Shown here piece by piece: positions 24,880 to 64,000 of a stretch of 64,000 nt of DNA. The position numbers and the translations under genes were made by a program. How positions within the stretch are numbered: position 1 is the stretch's first letter; each line of letters starts with the position of its first letter. This stretch comes from Amoebidium appalachense (taxonomy: Eukaryota; Protista; Ichthyosporea), in contig CAVNZM010000009.1 in assembly GCA_963693365.1 (NCBI GenBank), positions 3,598,231 through 3,662,230 of the forward strand, given 5' to 3'. Below the pieces are notes generated by a model. That model had not been told where the DNA came from. It was given only the letters and a program-made list of their open reading frames with translations, and made no database searches.

Positions 24880-27800
24880 TTAGCCGGCATTATATAGACG
24901 TATGGTTAGCTGATGGTAAGTTGAAGGCTGTTGCTTTGCTCGATGGAGGGGCTCAGGTTAATTATGTGCATGCTTCGTTTATTCGTCGTTTTAATCAGGC
25001 CGGGGGGGGAGATTCCTATTTTAGATGCTTCTAGCACGGCCTTAGGTAGTGCTAATAATAGTAGTATGTCTGTTGAAGGTGTTTGTGTGTTGCCGTGTGA
25101 GATAGGTGGGGCAGGCTATGCATATTGCTTGTTATGTGGTTAAGGATTTAGCTCAAAGTGTTTTGTTGGGAGCCCCATTTTTCCGTAGACATGTGAATGC
25201 TTTGTTTGAACGTACAAATGTTTTAGAATTGCAGTCCGGCGTTAAAATTAAAACCCACGATGGGCTCGACGGTTATCAGTCAGGTGCTAGAACAGTAGCT
25301 GAAGTAGTAATCGAGCCTTATCAGTGCTAAACGGTACGTGTCCGAGCCGGCAATCATGTTAGGATAGTGGATTTAGGGGTTTTTACTCCGAAAACCCCAT
25401 TTCAGGAGGTGGCTCAATGGACCCTTAGTAGGGTATGGCCGGAGAAGATGATAGAAATAGACTTAGTGAATCAGGGCATTGAGCCCATAGTCATTAGGTC
25501 AGGTGTTTCCGTCGGTAGTTTCACTAATGAGATTGGTAGTATAGAGGTCTCTCTTATTACCCAAAAGGAGGATGCCGGCTCGAAGGGTGACTCAGGAGGA
25601 GGGGGAACAACTTTATTTAACGTTAGCCACCAAAATGTCACCCGACACGATGGGGGGGGGGGGGGGACCGGGACAGCACCGGTCCCACTCCCCCGACCCC
25701 CACAAGGAAGGAGGGTCACCCCGGGTGTGAGAATGTGCAGGCAGGGGGGGAGGGTGTTGGTCTAACCCGTGGATCTGACGGGTTAACCAACACCGTGGGG
25801 GGCAGGGTGGCCACAGACCTGGCCCCCCACATACATGCACTAACTCATCAGGAATTGCCCGGGGGCATTGGTATGCCGGGGGGAGGGGGGGGGTGCTAAT
25901 GGTGACCGCCTATACTAGTACCCGGAGGTACCCCATACTAACCCCGTGCAGCACCGATGTAATACAGGAGGTGAAAGGTTAAGTGGCACTCCGGTGAATA
26001 AGGATGCATCCACTTGTGATGGGGTAAACCCGGAGTTAGTATTGCCGTTTGGTATGAAGGAGGGGGATTGGACGGTAGAACAGAAGAAATTATTAGCTAA
26101 GTTATTTGATAGGACTCGGTTTGCATTTCTTGCCGATGATAACGAAGAGGGCTTCGTTAAAGGGTTTGAAATGCAGATCGACACAGGTGATAATCAGTAG
26201 GCCGGTAGTTATGACTAGCTATAGAATGGAGCAGTATAAATTGTCGGATGCGCTAATTATAGTGAATGATATGTTAAAAAAGGGTCATGTGGAGCATAGT
26301 TCGAGTCCGTGGAGAAGTCCGGTGCTATTGGTTAAGAAGCCCGACGGGTCTTGGCGTCTAGTGAATGATTACAGAGCTCTGAATCGGGTCACTAAGGCAG
26401 ACCAATGGCCTCTCCCTAACATAGACGAGCAGCTTTCACAGCTGCACCGTGACGGCTATACTCACTTTGCTAAACTTGATTTAAAAGCAGCCTTTTGGCA
26501 GATAAGGCTGGAGGAGAGCAGCAAGGAGAAGACTGCCTTTGCACTGGGTGACCAGCTGTTCCAGTACAAGGTGGTGCCGATGGGTTTGCTCTCCTCTCCA
26601 GCTATGTTGTGCCGGGTAATGTATAAAATTCTCCACCCTCATTTGGATGTATGCCACCCTTATTTGTTTTAATTAAAGGTAGGTCGTTTGAAGAGTTGGT
26701 TAATAATTGTGAAAAGGTATTTCTAGCTTTGGGTGAATCTGGTCTTCGTATTAGTGGTAGCAAGACTGTGATTGGTGTGCCGGAGGTTAAGTTTTTAGAC
26801 GGTCATATCGTTTCTAGTAATGGTCTTTCCCCTGATCCGGAGAAAATCTGGGCCATATTTGAGTGGCCACGTCCTCAGACTGTCACTCAAATAAGGCAAT
26901 TTTTTTGTTTAACTAATGATCTTCGACGAGTCGTTAAATTAAGGATTATAGTATGCTTCAAGTTGCTTTGCCGTTAACTAGTCAGACAGGGGGGGAGACG
27001 AAGAATAGAAGAGATTGGAGTGATGATGCTGTTTCTGCTTTCGAAAAGCTTAAGTTAGCTTTGCAGTCTTCGAGTATGCTTGTTCATCCTGATTTTTCGG
27101 CCGCGGGGGGGGGGGGGGGGGGGGGGGGGGGGATGTTTAAAGTTCGATGTGATTGCGGGTAAGGTTGCTGAGGGGGCAGTGTTATATCAAGTGCAGGAGG
27201 GGCAGGATATGGTGATTGCTTATGCTAGTCAACGGTTCGTTTAGTAAAAGTGAACGTAGATATAGCAATCCGGAGAGAGAGTCCCATGCTATCTTTTGAG
27301 CAGTCAGCTCACAGGCATGGAGGTATATACTCGCAGGCAGGAGGTCTACACCGACCACACGCCCTGCCTAGCCATGGCCAGCACCACTCGTCTGGTCAAC
27401 GAGAGGATGCAGAAGTGGGCCGCGGCTCTCGGTGAGTTCTCCTATAAATCGTTTTATGCCAAGGGTGAAACAATGGGGGGCGGGTTGGTGCAATGGTAAG
27501 ATCTCTGCGTGTCAAGCTCAAAGTCGCAGGATCGATCCTGGTTACTTCCGATTTTTCTGCCTCGACGGTCCACCGGTCTGGCCGCCCCCTAGAAGCCATC
27601 ACCCCAGACCACGTCAAGCAGCACCACCAATTTGTTATCATCCGGCCGCAAGACATGACGTCATGAACAGCACCGGCCCTCTGACGTCGACGGCGCGCCG
27701 CTTGGGCATCCCAGCCCAACGTTCAAGTGGGAGACCAATCCGAGTCACCGGCCACGGTTCGGGTCAGCGTCCTGGGCATGGGGTCTTCCCCTTTCAAGTC

Positions 27801-28110
27801 TTTGTGTTTGTGTATGTGTCCCGGGTCGCTCCCGGCTGGTGTTAAAGTGAGCTGTGCTCACTTCCCCACTAGCGTTGCTGCGGCTAGAACCGTGGGATAA
27901 GGCGTAACTAAAAATAGTGCCAGTTGGGGTCAATCAGAATCCTGACTTATGAGTGTGTATACAGTACGATCTGTGTCTAGGCGGAAGACGGTAAGCTCCC
28001 CTGAGGCAGTGCCTCGCCGGGAGTGAAACGGGATAAAAAGAAAAGAAAAAAAAAGAAAAAAAAGGGTGAAACAATGGTTGACTGTGATGTTCTCTCTCGT
28101 GCTGCTTATA
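24880..28110 (+). pseudogene. pol: pol pseudogene (PR-RT-RNase H)
   Basis: ORF pieces 24264-25034, 25106-25330, 26106-26672, 26651-26977, 26953-27162, 27296-27499; YxDD lost near 26660-26670; many frameshifts; SINE insertion. Confidence 0.9.
27477..28061 (+). mobile_element. tRNA-derived SINE (585 bp) with A-rich tail and 16-bp TSD
   Basis: TSD AAGGGTGAAACAATGG at 27461-27476 and 28062-28077; head with A-box-like TGGTGCAATGGTA and B-box-like GGATCGATCC (tRNA-Asp/Gly-like); A-rich tail at 28035-28061; removing it restores the RNase H motif KGETMVDCDVLSR. Confidence 0.88.
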
Positions 28111-28294
28111 TTTTGTTTGAAGAAGAGAAGGAGGGGGAGGGGGGGCTAGCGAGAGACGGGGGGGGGGGGGGGGGGGGGAGGGGGGGGGGGGGGGGAGAGT
28201 GAGCAGAAAGGAACAGATGCTGTGTATGTTGATGTGTCTTCTTGGGCTCCGGGGTTGCTTGCTTATAAGTGTCGGGCAGGGGGGGAGGAGGTAT

Positions 28295-29000
28295 TGTTGT
28301 GTGACGTAGTATTTACATATGGTAAGATCTTCTCAGTTTGTGTTATGTTTCAGTTCATATGCTTAGTGTAAATGCCACACTCCTTCTATGTAAAGTGTAG
28401 CATCGATCTCCGATATGCTTGTATACTTGTAATCGTGTTGTATCGGCTTTAATCGTGTATTGTAATATCAATTAGATTATTTATATGTGTGTACACGGAT
28501 CCACCCACTCAGGGAGAGACGTGTACATGTTTGTGTGTACATAAATATCTCTGGTTATAGTTATACTATTACTATCTTGTTTGTTGATCTGTGCTATAGT
28601 AGGCCGGTGAGATGTGAAGCAGGTGCACGTGGGACACTTGGGCGAAGAACGCGGTTAGTTAGAGTGCATCTTTAATAGTGAAGTCGTGTGAGGCCTTGAA
28701 TCCACTCTATGTGAGAGTCTGAGTGCCAGTTACTCTGTCTCTCAGGCACTTGTATGATAGATCCACACACTTGTAAGCGTGGCCCGGCCGCGACATGGTA
28801 CGTGCGGATCCGTCTTTCATACAGCCTCCACTCACAAGCTTCTTACTTACATACTTGTTGATCAGGTTAGCACTCTAAACTTTGTTGGGGGCGACGTTTA
28901 CATTATCGTGCCCACTGCGTTACATATTGTACGTACGTGTGTGTGTTGTGTGTTTTGCGTTGTGTCAATGTGTGGGTGTTCTAGATCTCTGTGTGTTTGG
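28295..29000 (+). repeat. 3' LTR of the decayed Gypsy (right end uncertain)
   Basis: Starts TGTTGTG just after the [21 protein letters not shown]; homologous to the inverted LTR at 22946-24010. Confidence 0.7.
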
Positions 29001-29224
29001 CAAATACCCTCAAGTGTCATTTGATCAAATTATCAGGAGCAAAAAAATCATGTGCCACAAACAAGTGGCCATGGTAGTATGTATTGGCCTTGGGACCGTT
29101 GAGTCATCCTCGATTTCAATTAATGAATGTCCCGGCCCAAGCAATCTATGTATCCTAGCTTCCCGTCGCAGTTCACATGCACCGTGACGATAAAATATAT
29201 AACAATTGCACCTTCGCATGCGCT

Positions 29225-29339
29225 TGGAAACACAACGCGCACACGCACACACACACACACAGTCTGTACACACACACACACACGCACACACACACACACG
29301 CACACGCACGCACGCACACACACGCACACACGCACACGC

Positions 29340-29374
<35 letters not shown>

Positions 29375-29708
29375 CAGTGACACGTACACCGTGCCCGACA
29401 CGCGCGCACACACACATGTACACGCAAACGTACAAACATGCACACACACACACACATGCACACACACACACACACGCAAACACACACAAACACACACACA
29501 AACACACACAAGGCACACACACACAAGATCACACAGAATCACACACGCACACACGCACACACGCGCACGCACACGCACACGCCCGACACACCACGCGCGC
29601 ACACGCCCGCGTACGCAACCACACACGTTCGGAATCCCGTGTACGCGCATGCACACACACGCACCTACAACACACGCACGCACCAGCGCACACACACACA
29701 CGCACACA

Positions 29709-29751
<43 letters not shown>

Positions 29752-29760
29752 ACGCATGTG
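29225..29760. repeat. (CA)n/(CACG)n microsatellite
   Basis: Direct inspection. Confidence 0.9.
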
Positions 29761-30264
29761 CATTATCGTGACAAACATGCTCACGGCAAGTCCACCTGTA
29801 GCATGCACAAGTGACAAGGTGGACGCATGCGCACAAAAAGCATCATGCACGGGTATACATTCCTTAGCCGAATCTGAGCAGCAACGTGGTTGGCTGGAGA
29901 TAGCACGATTAAAGTTTGGCATGTAACAGTTGTAGGCATGATATTATAGACTTATAGGTTATTTAAACTTTAACAAAAACATATAATCTGTGATTTACTG
30001 AATTAGTAAGCAGTTGTTGGCCCAAATAAAAGACGTGATTTTACCGAGCTTAGACTGAGATCTACTTTTTGGAATGCACGGCGCTACAAAGCATAGAAAT
30101 TCCCCACACTCACGGCGACCGTCGGCGTCTCCCCAGTCAGTGTCATTTTATTTGCTTGAGAGTGTAGGGCCGCTTTTACTCGTAGACTGAGGGTTTTTGT
30201 TTGTAGGGAAACACATACAGTTTGAGGCACGCTGAAAGTGCGAGAAAAGAAGTGAGCATCGAAA

Positions 30265-41726
<11,462 letters not shown>

Positions 41727-41951
41727 ATATAATGAGGCATGCAGGATGTATTTTGGTATATTTTCCGAGATATGTGGGGTGGAATTGGAACATGTTTTTG
41801 AGACGTGCAGGGTGGAATTTCAGGCTTTCAAGTAGATGTTTGGATGGACAGCAGACATTCACACATGCGCGCACTAACAGTGTGTGTCTGTCGTACACAG
41901 CTGTGTGTCTGTCGTACACAGTGTGTGTCTGTGCGCCCCCGTGCGCGCACG

Positions 41952-42012
<61 letters not shown>

Positions 42013-42679
42013 GCACACACACACCCCATTTTTGGTCACCCGTGTTTCTATATAAAGGCAGGAATACTGTAACAACTTTGATAATACTCCTGTTGCATCT
42101 TGTGTTGTGAGTCTCCTTGATAAAAGAAGTAATGGAGGTACATAATCTACTTGGAAAAGTTGTAGATAAATCAACTTTTGGAGTTATATAAATATGCATG
42201 GCTGTTATAACAAAAGGGAGCTGTCTGTGTATAAGGGGCATAATAGTTCATTAAGTGAGAAATAGCAGTGTGGCCCGGCCACCACAATTTGACGTTATAC
42301 CAGGTAATATGCTTTCTTTCTACTTCCTCTTTGGGTGCCTACGACAAAAAGCCCTTTACGTAATATCTATGTTTTCCCAATGCCCCCCTTTTCATTGTTC
42401 AGTCTTCCACTCTTCTTTTTCCTTTTTCCTTTTTTTCCTTTTTTTTTTTTTTTTTTTTTTTTTTTTGGTAGTGTTGGTGGTGGTGATTTTGAAAATGATA
42501 GATGAACACAAACTTAATGATGAGTAATAAATGCATCTTTTTTATCTTTTTGTCGTTTCTGGCAGCCAACAAATACTCAGTCCATGTCGTCTTGAAAGTG
42601 CTGCTCCTTCCCAAAAATGCAATCAATCGACCCCCCCCCCCCCCAACCCAACCCAACCCAACATAATCCCCCTCCCCCA

Positions 42680-42731
<52 letters not shown>

Positions 42732-44203
42732 CAAAAAAAAAAAAAAAAAAAAAAAAAAAGACGGAAAAAAGAAAAAAGCACGTATGTACATTTTAAAAAA
42801 AATTCAGAGCAAACTGGTCACGGGTGGAAAACACGGCAAACTATATTTGCGCGTGCATGTGTGTATGTCTGTGTCCGTGTGTTTCCGTGTGTGTGCATGT
42901 GTGTGCGCACGTGCACATGCAATTCGGACAGAGGCACAGCGCTGCATGTGTGCGTGGTGAGCACGTGTGTGCGTGTGTGCGTGTGTGCGAGTGTGTGTAG
43001 TGCACGTACGCGTGGTTTTGGTATGGGTATGAAGTCTTCAACGTGCGCGAAACAAGTCACTAATATTTCGAACAAATAATATATATTAAGCCTTAACTAA
43101 ATGTTGCCAGGCGGCTTAGCCAGTTGCAAATCCTTCAGTTCCTGAAGTGCTTCGGTGCGTTTTTCATCGAGTTCTGAAGAAGAAACATGAGCCATCAAAA
43201 AAAACATCCACGCCCTTCATTCCCCACTGATGAACATTATCACACTAAGTATTCACATGCTGCCACCATCTATCCCTCTCCTTTTCACTATGTTTCGACG
43301 CGGACCCCGGGAGGGCACCATTTCATTCATACTCTTTCCAAAGAGTCAAAACGAGAGTTTTCACGTCATAATCTCTTTTCCACTCCACACCCCCAAGCTC
43401 CTGAAAACACACGTAAGTAATGGTTAAAGGGTAAACGACGGTAACTTTTTGGGGGGGAGGGGTTCGAGTAGGTGATGGTGAAAACGTAATATTACGATGG
43501 ATTTGTTCGCGTACTTGTAGGTGACTTCCCACTTGTCGAATTGTTCGTTTTCGTACAGGTGAATGTCGAAAATCCCATTTTCTCGTCCGTAGGTACTGAG
43601 TTGTGGAAGTCTCGTGCAAGGCGTTTAAGCTGATTCGAAAGGTTGTTGGTCATTTTCAAAGTTTTGAGCTACTAAAATTCTTCTGTACATATACATATGA
43701 TAATGATCAATGACACATAGAAGATATGCACCTTGTGTACTATTAGTTAATATTGCGAATATGGTACACAGGTGTGGCTGCAGCTGTGTTCTATTTGTGT
43801 CAAATAATGATTTCGAGTACTGCTATCATTTTGTCTATATACTGTTTGGGCGCTACATAGTGGGTGTTGGAAGAACAATTTATAGCCATGCAGGTACATG
43901 TGTCTACATTCCGAGGCGCCGGCCTAAACTTGAGTTTTTCGTCTCGGTGTTTCTTTCTTTTGAACTCTTCTTTTTTCTTTTGCAATACCCCATGAGTTGA
44001 AACGACTCGAGGTTCACATACTGTACATCAAGGACACAAGCACCAATTCTGACAGTTGTGCTACGCGTCGCTGACGTACGTAACCAAGCCGACCGTTATC
44101 CCGTCAAAAACACAAGTTCACAAATATCGTGGGCCCAATGTTACACCAACGTGCTCCTGTCACGGGTAAAATACTGGCATCGTATGGACATACACACTTA
44201 CTT

Positions 44204-44259
<56 letters not shown>

Positions 44260-44340
44260 CACCGGGGCCTAAAGGCAGAAAAGGTCGTATTCGACCATTA
44301 GTCTACCCCTTTCACCATTTTCCTCCTGCCTCCTCGACGA

Positions 44341-44372
<32 letters not shown>

Positions 44373-44992
44373 CGCGTGCGTGTGTGTGCGTGTGCATGTG
44401 TGTGTGTGACCGTGTAAGCGTATGGTTTGGTGTGCTTTTGTTTTGCCTGGTGTTGTGTATTACACACACGTGTGGTTTCTATGAAACATTAAGGGTCTTG
44501 AAAACACGAGAGGGTGAACGGAGGGTAAGACACACACACCTTCTTTGGCCGTAAACTAATCTCATAGGCTGACATAGCAATTCATTTATTCTTTCCCATC
44601 TTTATGACTGTTACACACACTCTTTATTCCGGCGGCATAAGTGTTGATATTGATCAAATCGTGAAAGCAAACAGTGAAGTGCCAGATAGATAATCTCTAT
44701 TTTGTGGGCCTTTCGAAATGCTCGAACCCTCAGCTCACACCACACATGAACTACTACGCAATTATTGTATTCAGTCTATGGTAGTAAACTTCGTGATAAA
44801 AAACCAACAAAATAAAAATAGAAGAATTCTAACTCAAACAAAGGCTAAACACGAGCTAATAAACAAAAATAATCCAAGCTGCCAACACAAAAAAAAAAAA
44901 ACCGACCCTTTCTCTTTCCTTTCCCCCCCCCATGTTTCCCCCCCCCAAAAGACAGCGGTACGGAAAAATGGTCATGATCAATAAAAATCAAA

Positions 44993-45060
<68 letters not shown>

Positions 45061-45400
45061 AAAAAGTTTTTGTGCATCAACACAAATCTTCGTGCATGCA
45101 TCTACTCCCCCAAGCATCCGTGCCTGTCCCTGTGTACGTATGTGTGTCTATTCAAGTAATGCATGATACGGTAAAAGATTCAATCCTCCTTTTTAACCAC
45201 AGCATCAACACTGTGTATGTTCGTGTCCGTGTGTGCTTGTGCTTGTGTGTGTGCGTGTTTGCGCTGTGTGTGTGTGTGTGTGGGTGTGGGTGTGCTTGTG
45301 CACCTGTTCCTATACTTGTGTCACTCTGTGTGCATGTGTTCCACTCCGTATACACACATGTGCATTAGTATCTCATAAGCACACACACACCTCACCCCCC

Positions 45401-55342
<9,942 letters not shown>

Positions 55343-55657
55343 TACAAGAAATTCAGTGCAAAGGCAAGGGAGTCAAATGAGCCATTCGAGCAAACGAGCT
55401 TCAGGCAAAGAATATATGTTTTTCCCAGGCATGTCCTTTCCTTCTGCAATGGGTACCTAAAAAATAGGATGGTGTAAACGGGGGGGGGGTATGATGGGCG
55501 CAGGTACATACCCCCCCGCACACAGGTAGCGTACTCCGAAACAGAAAGCTGCACACGGAGAAAAGCACGCGCAAACACTCTCTCCCTCCCTCTCTCTATC
55601 TCTCTCTCTCGCACGCGGCACGCACTCACACGACCAAGCACACACACACGCACACTC

Positions 55658-55743
<86 letters not shown>

Positions 55744-56726
55744 GCAGACAGAGACACACACGTGCGTGCGGGCACACACATGCAGGTGTGTGGCACAAAA
55801 CGACGTCACAGCTAAGGAGGCCGCAAAGTATGCTGTTTCCCCCTTCACCATCCGTTTTTCTTGCTCTGTTCAGCCCGGTCTCGCCCTCCCCCTCACCACA
55901 TTAGGCCAACTCTCGCGTTCACAAACTACCAGAAAGACTGACTTTACCCGAATCTGCATATCTGCATCGTGTCTTGCTTCAAAACAAACTATGAAACTCT
56001 CTACCCCTTGAAACGATACATCCATGCTTTGTCCTCGAAAGATAAGAATCGCCGGTCAAAGTGGGAAACAAGCACACCGTGGGAGCACTTACAACTTTCG
56101 GCATCTTCGACTGAGCAGGCCCTCGCTTGCCCCCTGCACTACAATTAAACGCGTAATACAACTGGCCTTAGCTTCTCTGTTTTGCTATTACCCAAATAAA
56201 CACCTTGATTCCTTATCTTTTCTAGGCTTTCTTTCTTTTTTTTCTCGTTTCGGCCCCTCAACCGGTCGGACCCTGCTCTGCTGTATGCATGCGTGTGTCA
56301 GCACGGCCCTCTGAACACACGGCCTTGGTCCTGAACGTCACTCGTGAGCCACTTTCGAGATTACAATACTTAGAATGCTCCGGCGTGGGCAAAGATCGTG
56401 TAATTACATACTGGCGCCTCCGTAAACATGCCTAAATACGAGCAGTGCCGGGTCACTCACTTGAAAGCTTTTACCTTACTACTACTCACCTACGCGTGCT
56501 TGTTTTAAAGAATAATAACAAAAAAAATAGGCGCAAACACAATAATTTTGTACACACCCTACCGTAGGTGAGGCACACTGAAAGGGAAGACAGCCAGCTT
56601 GATTCTGAACGTGTGTGCGAATTTCTTACTTGGGCCCTTCTCTGTGTGAAGACTCTGAACTTACATCATTAAGCGGCCTTTAAAAATACTACACCAAACA
56701 ATGTGAACACTGATGCCTGCGAAACT

Positions 56727-58104
<1,378 letters not shown>

Positions 58105-59756
58105 TTGCTCACGAGAGGTAAAAGAAGGAAAAGGCTGGCATTAACGACACAAGCAGTAGTACTCGAACCTCACCAACAAACACGATCAGCTTTGACACAC
58201 TCTTATTTCTCGCTGATAATGCAGCAACTCAGGGTGCTCGACCTGGCAAGCTACAGAACAGAGGCAGATCTTTGTAGGCTACATATGAGGTAGTTGAAGA
58301 GGAGGAGCTGGCACTCGAGCTCGCCTCGCGGCCACTGTGAGCGGCCAGTAGTAGAAAATGCCATAGGATATATGTATGAAAGTTTGTATACATTATGTAC
58401 CGTATGTTTTTACTGCATGAATGCTGTTGTTATTTCGGGTAGTGTGCCCTACGGTCTTGCCTTGCAGTTAATTCTTGCTGTTTGAACTGAATAAGAAGGG
58501 GAAACGCTAAAAGTTTGCTAGTATGTATGACCGGGTTATTGTAATTTAAAATCGATGACGTTTACCGTAATCTCCAGCGCCAAGGCCGTGTGTTCAGTGG
58601 GCCTTGGTGTCAGTCGCTGTTTGCGCGAGTTCGCGCCAATTTCAGATCCGATCATCCAACGGACGCCAGCACCATATATGGTCTATAAGGCATCTATATG
58701 ATTCGTTAAGCCGACATCGATAAATTGCAATTCTGATTAGTTCATGGATTTCATTGGTGGAGCCTGTATCACCCGATGAGTCACAAGTCCACTGGAGTGG
58801 GAGGGCCCTGCCCCACGATGGAGAACAACTGAAAGACATATCACTGTGCCATATTTTTACATTATCTTCCTTTCTTTTTTTGTATATATAAAACAAAAAC
58901 AGTGTTTAAGAATCAAAAATTGCACATATGTATTGCTCGTGGGAACTCGCGGAAGAATAAAAAGCATCTTGTAAGTGGACATGTACAGACAACCGGGATA
59001 TATGGTCCGGAAGTGCGCCGGCCCACGTGTACCTGCATGAACATTACTTTATAACGGCTCTTTTGTTGCCCATACATGTACAGTGCAGAAGTGCGATTCA
59101 TGATCACAAGCCATGCCATAGCTCCCGGTGCATTGTCCATTTTCACGGAACAAAGCGAATACCGGTAACGAGGCCAGCCGATACATTATTTGCTGACAAA
59201 AACAAACCTCCTAATCTGTACGCACTGTTTGCAAAATATTATGCATCTACGAATTACTGTACAAGGCTACAACCACCGTAGCTAAAAAAGCAGGAATATT
59301 GCATGTCAATGCCTTCTTCAACCTGACAAGTTATTGCATGACAATTCGTGTGCTTCCATTCTTTTATCCGCAGAGAAAGCGCTACGCAAGCAAGCATTTG
59401 ATTGAGAGATTTTTGTTTTCCTTTCACGCTGTCAAGTTAGACAGGCACAGGCCTACTATAGTGTCCCAGGACCGCGCTGGCCGTTTCGCAACTAATACCA
59501 GGGGTTTCCTTTTATCCTTTGATAAAACAACGACAGTTATTTAGCAAAAGTAGAAAAAGTGCTAAAAATGGCGATGCTTCATTTTTCGTGGCATTACACC
59601 CTCCCCAAGTCCCTAGATTTTGGTCACGTAGAGACGAACTATGAGAGCAGTAATTGAAAGGCAAAGGTTTTCGAACCGGGCATTGTTGGAAACGGTACTT
59701 AACTGAGGGGAAAAAAGCAACTAATAAGAGCTATGCAGGTAAGCTGCAATATTCCT

Positions 59757-59790
<34 letters not shown>

Positions 59791-60299
59791 CCGCCACCAC
59801 AACCACCACCACCATACCCCCCACCCCCACCCCAACCGCTTTTTAATTCAATTTTGTTATTATACTACTGCTAGAGGAGGAGACTCAAAAATGTGGAGTA
59901 GAGAGACGGGGGGGGGGAGGGGGGGGGGGGGGGGGGGGGGCAATGGTGGATGAGCGTGAGGAGACCCGGTAATTTTAGGTGTGTGTGGCAATTCGAAGAG
60001 ATTTTTCGTTTACTTATTTATAGCCCCAGAGTGCTACAACAATTATGAGTTAAATCCACAGTCGTAAAAACAGTATGGTGTGTGTGCTTGTGACCCAGTG
60101 GGTGGGTTGGGTTGGTGGGTATAGAGGGGAATGGGGACTGGAGGAAAGGGGGAAGGGGGGAGAGGGGGGGGGGGGGGGGGGGAGGGGGGGGGGGGTAACC
60201 TTGCCGAAAACAGACAGTGGGTATTTTCTTGCACTTCTGATTCTCTGACATTAATGCCGAGAATATTGCCGACTTTTAGCTCAAGAATAATTTTCTGAA

Positions 60300-63320
<3,021 letters not shown>

Positions 63321-63409
63321 GTAAGTGGTCCCCCCCCCCCCTCCCCCTCCCCCTCCCCCCCCCTCCGCCCTCCCTCTACCGGATCTTACCCATGTCCGCC
63401 AGCCCCCCC

Positions 63410-63440
<31 letters not shown>

Positions 63441-63630
63441 AAGAAAAAAAAAAACGAAAAAAAATAAGAAGAAGAAGAAATTGTCTTATTCTTTTCTTTT
63501 CTTTTTTTTTTTCCAACTTTTTTTTCTTGTCTTTTTTCCTCTCTCTCTTTTTTTTCTGCGCTAGCAGCACAGGTATCCCAATGGATTCCAATTCTTCCTC
63601 CGCACTTGAGTACGTGCGCCAACAAGCCAT

Positions 63631-63744
63631 ATGTTGAGTTACAAACAAGGCTGCAGTGCAAATATAGATACAAAACATGCCAGATGTTGAGTTACAAACA
63701 AAGCTGCAGTGCAAATATAGATACAAAACATGCCAGATGTTGAG
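63631..63744. repeat. 53-bp tandem repeat (2 copies plus a partial)
   Basis: ATGTTGAGTTACAAACAA.GCTGCAGTGCAAATATAGATACAAAACATGCCAG at 63631 and 63684, partial at 63737. Confidence 0.9.
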
Positions 63745-64000
63745 GAAACGGGGAGATTAAAATAATTGTGGTGGTACTGGTTGTGATGGGGGCCTAAGAG
63801 GGGGAGGGGGGGGGGGGGGGGTGTGGGGGGAGGGAGAGAGGGAGAGGGGGGAGGGGGAGGATGGGAAGGGGGACGGCGGGTGGGGAAACAAAATTGGAAT
63901 TGTGTGCATGTTTGTGTGTGTGTGTTTGGGGGCAGGGGGGGGGGGGGGGGGAGGGGGGAAGGGGGCTACAGATAAAAATAAACAGTAATGAGACACAAAA

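Larger units (their letters stand above)
24011..29000 (+). mobile_element. Decayed Ty3/Gypsy retrotransposon (gag remnant, PR, RT, RNase H, PPT, 3' LTR; integrase missing)
   Basis: Zinc-knuckle remnant near 24430-24482; protease ALLDGGAQVNYV and LLGAPFFRRH; RT SSSPWRSPVLLVKKPDGSWRLVNDYRALN...KLDLKAAFWQI...KTAF...PMGL; RNase H GAVLYQ..IAYAS..VYTDH..RMQKWAAAL..KGETMVDCDVLSR; PPT at 28274-28291; LTR from 28295. Right end approximate. Confidence 0.9.

Noticed and set aside
27477-27552. Functional tRNA gene
   Set aside because: Acceptor and anticodon stems do not pair properly, and the sequence is the head of a TSD-flanked, A-tailed insertion.
27975-28035. Hammerhead-ribozyme-like pattern (CGGAAGA...stem...GAAAC) at the SINE 3' end
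   Set aside because: The core deviates from CUGANGA, stem II does not close next to the core, and stems I/III could not be built; treated as an ordinary stem-loop. An Infernal search against Rfam hammerhead models would settle it.
28200-28275. Possible chromodomain tail before the PPT
   Set aside because: Only a few residues (SWAPGLLAY) are suggestive; not enough to call.

Overview
Eukaryotic, intron-rich, transposon-littered window with many poly-C/poly-G tracts and (CA)n/(GA)n microsatellites; most ORFs in the supplied track are artefacts of these repeats. Reading splice sites by hand gives two apparently intact spliced genes: a ~988-aa BTB/POZ + very long pentapeptide-repeat protein (KCTD9/FIP2-like, + strand, 30265-41726) and a ~610-aa protein with three HMG boxes and a WWE-like domain (- strand, 45401-55342). 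There is also a decayed LIM-LIM-homeodomain gene (60300-63320), an orphan spliced gene (11622-16328), and an E/R-rich ORF ending in a phage-type N6-adenine methyltransferase remnant (17893-19200). Mobile elements: a non-autonomous Ty3/Gypsy element with apparently identical 480-bp LTRs and a 5-bp TSD (345-3935), a piggyBac-type MITE (13551-14991), a second decayed Gypsy (about 24011-29000) with a tRNA-derived SINE inside its RNase H, an inverted related LTR, and a transposon-like ORF remnant (6477-7776). The divergent LIM-homeobox suggests a holozoan, possibly unicellular (e.g. ichthyosporean) host; this is inference only. All domain calls come from motif recognition by eye, not from database searches.
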